64,000 nt of DNA from the human T2T-CHM13v2.0 reference genome, Homo sapiens, in assembly GCF_009914755.1 (NCBI RefSeq), contig NC_060938.1. One strand, given 5' to 3'. Of the stretch, positions 51,720 to 64,000 are shown piece after piece; positions within the stretch are counted from its first letter, which is position 1, and every line of letters starts with the position of its first letter. Made by a program: the position numbers and the translations under genes. The notes below the pieces were generated by a model. It worked only from the letters and a program-made list of their open reading frames with translations. It was not told where the DNA came from and ran no database searches.

Positions 51720-54008
51720 ATCAGGTTCTTTTTCTTTAATTTTGGCATTTTGAAAATGTTATTCTTTTCCCTTCTGGCCTGTATGGTTTCTGTTGAGAAG
51801 TGTGTTGCCAAATGAATTGGAGCTCCTTTATATGTTATTTATCTCTTTTCTCTTGCTGCTTTTAGTATCCTTTCTTTGTCGTTGATCTTTTTGAGTTTGA
51901 TTATTATATGCCTTAGGGTAGTCTTTTTTGGGTTGAATCTATTTGGTGTTCTCTGATCTTCCTGAACATGGATATTTATATCTTTGTAGCATTTGGAATG
52001 TTTAATTTTTTAAAAAAATAAGCTTTGTATCCCTTTCTCTTGCTCAGCTCCCTCTTCAGCACCAACACTTCTCAAATTTGTTTTTTTTTTGAGATAATTT
52101 TCTATATCTTGTAGGCAATCTTTGTTCCTTTTCTTTCTTTTTTCTCCTTTGTGTGTTTTCAAATAGTCTTGTTTTTGAGCTTACTGATTCTTTCCTTTGC
52201 TTGATCCAGTCTGCTGCTGACTACTTCTAATGAATTTTTCACTTCAGCAAACATATTTCTCAGTTTCAAAATTTCTGCTTGATTTATTTTTAATATTTCA
52301 GTCTCTTTGTTAAATTTCTCTGTTAAATTTCTGACTTGTTTTTCTGTGTTATCTTGGAGATCACTGAGTTTCCTTAAAAGTGCTATTTTGAATTCTCGGT
52401 CAAAAACTCACATTTAGCCATCTTGTTAGGGCCAGTCATTGGTTCCTTGGCTTGTCCATTTGAGGAGGTCAGTTCCCTGTTTGCTGTTTCTTGTGGATGT
52501 ACATCTATGTATTTGCAATGAAGGATTAGTTATTTATTCCAGTCTTCCGTCTCTGGCTTGCTTTGGTTTTTATTGGATATGTTTCTTTAGAGTTTGTATT
52601 TTTGAATTTCTTTTTTTTCTTGTTAGGTTGCTGCCCCCTTTTTGGCACTAAATGGCACCTTAAGCCCAGGTTTGCCTGAGCTCTAGTATTCAGTATTTGA
52701 TCAGAGCACTGCCCATCTCAAATGGGGGAGGTCTCAAATGGAATATTCTGGCAATGTTGGAAGGCTGGCTAGGGGTTTGTGCACAGGGGACCTGTGTAAC
52801 ACACCTCCTACAATGTGGTGCTGCTGAACAGTCAGTCTGATTTGGCATTTCCTTTGACAGAGTTACAGATCAGAGTTTCCAGGGCTAGGGATGGTGGTCC
52901 CACCTCCCCTCATTGCCTTTGGCTGTCCTCAGGGATATTTCTCCCTTTAGGCGTTCATGATGCTTCCTGTGGGTTGAGGCTGGGACAGATCTTCTGCCAA
53001 GGAACCCAAGATGGTGGGGAAACTGATTGTCCACTTTGAACTCACTGTTTTCAGCCGTTTTGGCTATCTAGCTTATTTGTACCCATTGAAAATGTGGACT
53101 GTTTTCTTGGCCTTACCACGATATCTGGTCACCTTTTGGAAAAGGCTACTTTTAATTTCTTATGGTTAATAAGGTTGTACATGTAGCCATCCATTAAAGC
53201 CAAGTAATAAATAAAGGTGGACACAAAACAATCTGTTTTATAGCCATAAGTTATAGTATACCTAATTGTTGGTTGTCATTTTGTAAAAGTAATAACAATA
53301 AGCTAAAAACTGATTTTTCTGTTGTATCTTTTCTGTCAGCAAAATGAATTAGCTTTGTGATATTGAACAAGATGAAAAAGAGAAGAAAAGGAGGCAGAGT
53401 CCAATCAGTCAGTAAAAAGATTTAGTGGAATCTGACTATGGTGTACAGAATATCATCAATTCAAACCAGGCAATTAAAAGTTGTATTAAGAGGTTGCTTT
53501 AAAAAATTAAAAGTATGTATGATATATTGGGTTGTAAGAAAAGCCATGGACTGGAAAAATCCTAGTACCATAAGAAGGAAATTCACATGCTAGTCAGGTA
53601 GAACTCTCCTGGAAGAAGCGCCTAGGTCCTGTGTCTTGATGCACTGACTGATAATCCATATTCCTACACCATATCTTGGTAAGCATACTACCTATGTTTA
53701 TGATGTAAAGTAAATCCATCAGTACTAACACTTTTAACATTATGTTTGGGAATAAGTTTTATAGTCGTGGTGATATTACATGTGTGTATTTGTGTTAAAG
53801 GTGTTTTGAAACCTTTCAGACATATCAGATAATCTGCCCTGTTAGCTTTGTTATTTTAACTTGAAATATTTAATTCAAATTAAACATAGACTATACATTA
53901 ACTATGATCACATTTGGTTGTGAACGAAGGAAAACCCAATGAAATAGTAGGTTAAACAAGATAGTTTATTACTGTTTCACATGAGTGAGGCAGTCCATTC
54001 ACTACTGA

Positions 54009-54341
<333 letters not shown>

Positions 54342-55073
54342 CCAAGTTTTGTTTTTTTACTTCACTGTTACACAATACTTAGGAGGATTTTAATATGAAA
54401 GATGTAAAATAATTTGGTTAAATTTCTAAACAGTGTCAGAACCTTTAAGATAATTGGATTTATTCCACTTATTAGTTTGGCTTATTAAATTTACAAGAGT
54501 TGCTTATGTATTTTGGTTGTTAGATTTGCAAGGCTACCCTGTCGCTCATTTGAAAGGTTTGAGAAAATCAGATTTATTTGATTTGTAAATTTAGTTTTAA
54601 ATGTTTTAGGCAACTTAATTTCACTGGTTTATAATTGAAGATAATTGTTTAGGGGAATTTAACCTGTAATGATTGAACATGAAGATAAAATGTGAAAGTA
54701 ATTGTTTATATTTTTCTAGTAAAATTATAAATGATATACGCAACAAGATTTGTGAAATGAACTTTTAAGTTTTGCACTTTTAGAGTTTTGAAATTTTAAC
54801 TTTTAAGGTTTGCAAAAAGTTTAAAAACATACAACTTTAAATATGTGATACAAGTAACCATTTTTGTATAATAAAGTCTCACCTAAGTTGACATTTCAGA
54901 AATTAAAAATATGAGGAGATAAGGTATTATGCACATGCTGTTGAGACTGCTGAAGTTATTTTTTAAAAATGTTAAGTATACATTTTATGTTGTCAAGAAG
55001 GAGCAAATACTCTTTTTAATATTTGCATAGTATCTTCCATTAGACTTTAACACCCTTAGCTCTTTGCCTTTAG

Positions 55074-55353
<280 letters not shown>

Positions 55354-55490
55354 GATTCACTTTTTCAGGGATAATCATGTTGTCAAAAATATTAGCCATG
55401 TATACAGAGAAAGTTGATAAGACATGAATTAGTTTGTATTGATATAAGTTCAAGTAATTGCATATGTGTGTAAAGATAGAGCCTAACTAA

Positions 55491-55818
<328 letters not shown>

Positions 55819-55938
55819 CCAGGAATGGCTTTCATTGAAAAAATACTGTCTCCATACTTAATGTCTATTAGCTACTTCTTTGAAGGAGAAATGTAATTAA
55901 AATGCCTGTGTTTAAAAGCGGCTTTAAATTATTAACAC

Positions 55939-56594
<656 letters not shown>

Positions 56595-56759
56595 AGATCT
56601 TTGGATATTTTTTGAAATGTGAAATTACTTCTCAAATTTTATCTTAGGTTTTTTAGCATGAATCACATTTTTTTTAAGGATGGGTTATCTCAGGTATTGT
56701 GTAATACACATTTAAAGTTTCTTTCTTTTGTAACCTATGGAATGGTAGATGGTATTTTT

Positions 56760-57817
<1,058 letters not shown>

Positions 57818-58061
57818 GTTGCTTTTTCTTTAAATGATGGCATTTATATAAAGTAATAACATTTCTAATATGTGTGCCCTGATTTTAAAGACATCAATAT
57901 ATAAAAACCAAAATTTATAAAACCATCAAGTTTGTGAGTTGCGTTTTTAAATTATGGAGAGGTTTTCCTTTGTACCAAAGACCCTGTGACAAGGCCAAAT
58001 CCTATAATTTCCTTCATAGCACTAGTTTTGGTTACAAATTTACATTTATCTAGTGATTGTG

Positions 58062-59182
58062 TATCGGGGGAACTCACCCCCCATATTTTAACATAGGTTC
58101 TTTCTATTTTCCCTACGTGTCAGCCGGTCTGAGAAATAAAGAGAAAGAGTAAAAAAAGAGGAATTTTACAGCTGGGCCTCTGGGGGTGACATCACGTATC
58201 AGTAGGACTGTGATGCCCACCTGAGCCGCAAAACCAGCAGGTTTTTATCAAGGACTTCAAAAGGGAAGGGGGTGTACGAACGGGAAGTGGGTCACAAAGA
58301 TCACATACTTCAAAGGGCAAAAAGAGAACAAAGATCACATGCTTCTGAGGAAACAGGGCAAGGACAAAAGCAAAGATCACAAGGCAAAGGGCAAAATTAG
58401 AATTACTGATGAGGTTCTATGGTCAGCTGTGCACGTATTGTCTTGATAAACATCTTAAACAACAGAAAACAGGCTTTGAGAGCAGAGAACTGTTCTGACC
58501 TTAAATTCACCAGGGTGGGGTTTTTCCCCACTCTAGTGAGCCTGAGAGTACTGCAGGAGACCAGGGCGTACTTTGGTCCTTATCTCAACTGCATAAGACA
58601 GACACTCCCAGAGCAGCCGTTTATAGACCTCCCCCGAGGAATGCAATTCTTTTCCTAGGGTCTTAATATTATATTCCTTGCTAGGAAAAGAATTTAGCGA
58701 TATCTCTCCTACTTGCAGGTCTGTTTATAGGCTGTCTGCAAGAAGAAAAATATGGCTGTATTCTGCCCGACCCCGCAGGCAGTCAGACCTTATGGTTGTC
58801 TTTCCTTGTTCCCTGAAAATCGCTGTTATTCTGTTCTTTTTCAAGATGCACTGATTTCGTATTGTTCAAATGCACATGTTTTACAATCAATTTGTACAAT
58901 AGTGGTCCTGAGGTGACGTACATCCTCAGCTTATGAAGATAACAGGATTAAGAGATTAAAGTAAGACAGGCATAAGAAATTATAAGAGCATTATTTGGGA
59001 ACTGATAAATGTCCAGGAAATCTTCACAATTTATGTTCAGAGGCTGAAGTAAAGACAGGCATAAGATATTATAAGAGTATTATTAGGGAAGTGATAAATG
59101 TCCATGAAATCTTCACAATTTGTGTTCCTCTGCTGCGGCTCCAGCTGGTTCCTCTGTTCAGGGTCCCTGACTTCCCACAACA
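58062..59182 (-). mobile_element. MER11 solo LTR (HERV-K11/HML-8), ~1.12 kb
   Basis: Reads tgttgtgggaagtcagggacc...cccccgata on - strand; perfect 6-bp TSD attgtg; internal tandem repeats. Confidence 0.92.
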
Positions 59183-59606
59183 ATTGTGTGGTTAGTATCT
59201 GTCTCTCCTATTGACTTTGTATTTCATGGGGGAAGATATTATGTCTGTTTTTCTTTGCTACTATAGCACTAACACCAAACTTCATACTTGGTACATACAG
59301 GTATATCTCAGAGATGTTGCAGGTCTTGTTCCAGACCACCACAATAAAGCAAGTGTCTCAATAAAGTAAGCAACATGAATTTTTTGGTTTCCCATTGCAT
59401 ATAAAAGTTATGTTTACACTATACTGTAGTCCATGAAGTGTGAAATAGCATTATGTCTAAAAATATGTATGTACCTTAATTAAAAATATTTTATTACTTA
59501 AAAATGCTAATGATCATTAGCCTTCAGTGAATGGTAATCTTTTTGCCTTTGGATGGTGTTGCCTGCATGTGAATTGCTGCTGACTGATCAGGGTGGTAGT
59601 TGCTGA

Positions 59607-59943
<337 letters not shown>

Positions 59944-60432
59944 TATGGCAATTTCTTCAGACAAAAATGATGTTTGTCACATTGATTGACTCTTCTTTTC
60001 ATGAATGATTTGTCTATAGCATGTAATGCTGTTTGATAGCAGTTACCCACAGTAGAACTTCTTTCAAAATTGGAGTCAATTCTCTCAAGCCCTGTCACTG
60101 CTTTATCAATTAAGTTTATATAACATTCTAAACTTTTTGTTGTCATTTCAACAAAGTTCACAGCATCTTCACAGAGTAGATTCCATCTCAAGAAAGTACT
60201 TTCTTTGCTTATCATAAAAAGCAACTCCTTATCTGTTTGTTTTACCATGAGATTGCAGCAATTAAGTCCCATCTTCAGGCTCCATTTCTAATTCTAGTCT
60301 CAGTGTCATCCATGAGGGTTGGAATCAACTTCTTCCTAACTCCTGTTCATTTTGATACTTTGATCCCCTCCAATGAATCATGAATGTTCTTAATGACATC
60401 TAGAATAATGAATCCTTTCCAGGAGATTTTCA

Positions 60433-60954
<522 letters not shown>

Positions 60955-63079
60955 TTAGTAAGCCATGCTGTGCTGTCAGCCAGGCTTTATTTTTCCATTT
61001 ATAGAGCACAGGCAGAGTAGATTTAGCATAATTTTTGAGAGCCCTTGTATTTTCAAAATGGTCAGTGAATATTGGATTCAACTTAAAGTTACCAGCTGCA
61101 TTAGCCCCTATTAAGAGAGTAAACCTATTATTTGAAGCCAAGCATTAACTTTTTTCCCCTAGCTGTGAAAGTCCTGGTATCTTCTTCCATTTCATCTACA
61201 TTGAAGATCTGTTGTTTAGCTACTTCCTTCCATTATCTTAGCTAGATCTTCTGGATAACTTGCTACACCTTCTACATCAGCACTTGCTTCTTCACCTTGT
61301 ACTTTTATGTTATAGAGATGGCTTTTTTTTTCTTAAACCTCATGAACCAATATCTGCTACCTTCCAACTTTTCTTCTGTATCTTCCTCACCTCTCTCAGC
61401 TTTAATAGAATTGAAGAGAGTTAGGGCCATATTCTAGATTACATTCTGGGTTAAGAGAATGTTGTGGCTGGTTTGATCTTCTATCCAGACCAATAAAGCT
61501 TTCTCTGTCTCAGTGATAGGGCTGTTTTGCTTTCTTTTTATTTATGTGTTCATGGGAGTAGCACTTTTAGTTTCTTACAAGAACTTTTCCTTTGCATTCA
61601 CAACTTGGCTGTTTGGTTCAAGAGGCCTAGCTCTTGGCCTATCTTGGTTTTTGACACAATTTCCTTACCAAGCATAATCATGTGTATCTTTTCATTTAAA
61701 GTGAGAAACATATAACTTTTTATTTCACTTAAACACTTAGAAGCCATGATAGCATTATTAATTGGCCTGATTTCAATATTGTTGTCTGAAGGAATAGGGA
61801 GGCCTGAGGAGAGAGAGAGAGAGATAGGGGGATGGGCTGGTCAGTCGAGCAGTCAGAACACACACACAACATATATTGAATAGGTTTGCATCTTATGTGG
61901 GTGCAGTTCATGGTGCCCCACAACAATTACAGTAGTAACATCAAATATCACCATGATAGACATACTAATAATAAAAAAGTGTGAAATATTGTCAGAATTG
62001 CCAAAATGTGACATATAGAAATGAAGTGAGCACATGCTATTGGAAAAATGGCACCAATAGACTTGCTCAATGTAGGGTTGCACAAACCTTTGATTTGTAA
62101 AAAATGCAGTAACTGCAAAGTACAATAAGGCAAAGCAAAATAAAACAAAAGTATGCCTGTAGAAGGCACTCAATAAATATGTTGAATGAGTGAGTGAGGA
62201 GAAAGAATTGTCTTATGTAGTAAGCCTTTAAAATCAAATTCCTTTTTAAAGAAATGTAATTTTTATGCAGTCTTTTTTAGCGGTACAGCTATTATATAAA
62301 TTGATAATTGCCTAAATATTAAATGGCACAGAATGAAATCTTTAATGTAGTCACTGTTCTAGAAATACTTCAAATGTAGCCAGTAACCAAAATCACCAGA
62401 CCCCCAACATCCAAAGTTTTATTACCTGTGTGGGCAGCCTCCAATTTAATGTGGTATGGCAGTCATTGATGACTGTGCTTTTTATTACTTCTTTACTATG
62501 ATTTCTTATCTATATACTCTGATATATGGGCCATTCATATAAGCTTTCAAATCTCTAGTGCAACTAAATGGGTAATATAGTAAGGCTTTTATTATCTAAA
62601 CAATGTTTATTGAAAAGAGTTTGCCTCTAAGTATTTGTAAGTATATTATCTTTCAAAACAAATTCGGTTTATATAAGTCTTATAGCCACAATGTTATAAA
62701 GGCCACACCGAAGCCAGTGTCTTGTCTTTGGCTGTACCTCTATTTATTTTCTATTTTTGTCCTTCATTGGGTCTTTTTATGCAGGCAGTCATAATTTGGT
62801 CTTTTTAAAATGTTTAATACAGGTTAAAGCCTTAAACAGGTTTTTTCTTGCTTCATAATATACACATGAACAGGCATTTTGGTCACTATAACAAGTGTAA
62901 TTTTGTGTTTAGCCCTTGTTATAGATATCTTTTTCTTATCTCAGTATGTCATTCATATTTTTCTAACTTGCTGCTCAACACTCTTCTTTTTTACTACTCA
63001 TGGGTATGTATTGCTAGTGAGTTTTAAATTCCAGCTCTTGAATTCCTTGTACTTGTAGCTTACTATTGCTACTTAAAAA

Positions 63080-63127
63080 TGCTACTTCAAAAACTTGAGA
63101 ATTTGCTACTTCAAAAACTTGAGAATT
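63080..63127. repeat. Perfect 24-bp tandem duplication
   Basis: tgctacttcaaaaacttgagaatt x2. Confidence 0.9.
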
Positions 63128-63747
63128 TTAGAAGTCAGAACTAATAGAAGAAAAAGAGTCTTATACATCATATGAATTTGATAAGGCTGGAAATGTCCCC
63201 TATAAACAGAAAGATTGAGAATAACAGAAATCTACCTAAAAGATATGTCAGAACAAACAAAAAAATTCAACTACTGTTTAAAAGATGATTCATATTAATT
63301 ACAGAGTAACTTGATATATCAGAACACTGTTAAATCATTCCAGGGAAATTGTCTGGGCATCTTCAAGCAATAGAAAGAAACCTGTTTTCATATTAGCTAA
63401 CCTTTCAACTGTGTGTTATCTATTAATCTCATGTATGTTGGAGTAACTGTAAACCTCCTGCTTCTTGGATATGTATGTGAAAAGAATATGGCACTTAATG
63501 AAGAAACAGGCCTTAACTGAAATACTTAATGTTTCTGTTGCTAGCTTTTTAACTTTGGGCAGGTTAGTTTAATATTCTGATCTTCGGCTATTCCATATGC
63601 AGTATGTCATATAAAGACTTCATTTGCCATATGAAGACAGTTTGCCCAAGGTCACAGATAGTGACTAATTTATGATAATAAATAATATTTCACTGCACTA
63701 AAAATGGCTGATGATCAAATATAGGTTATGGAAGTTTTCTTTAATAG

Positions 63748-64000
<253 letters not shown>

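Overview
This is primate (most likely human) genomic DNA from inside the NUBPL (IND1) gene, a mitochondrial Fe-S/complex I assembly factor. NUBPL is transcribed on the + strand. The only coding sequence is one 91-nt internal exon at 4519-4609 ([30 protein letters not shown]; matches NUBPL exon 4). The rest is intron, mostly transposable elements: two full-length antisense primate L1s (L1PA7-like, and L1PA3/4-like with a perfect 18-bp TSD), a twin-primed 5'-inverted L1, older L1MA elements, a complete THE1D/MST-type MaLR, MER11/MLT2/MST solo LTRs, MER6, Charlie1a, Tigger1, MER20, MER58, half MER1B, half MADE1, L2/MIR relics and about 24 Alus. I found no convincing new gene or biological system. 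The ORFs in the track are repeat- or low-complexity-derived. The least-explained observations are: (1) a diverged ~170-bp non-repeat-looking block present 2-3 times around the exon; (2) three rare variants shared by two separate L1 copies 33 kb apart; (3) three template-switch hairpin/micro-inversion scars, one of which destroys an L1 ORF0 splice donor; (4) a ~420-bp polypyrimidine tract that grew from an Alu tail. Repeat subfamily names are from memory of consensus sequences and need RepeatMasker/Dfam confirmation.
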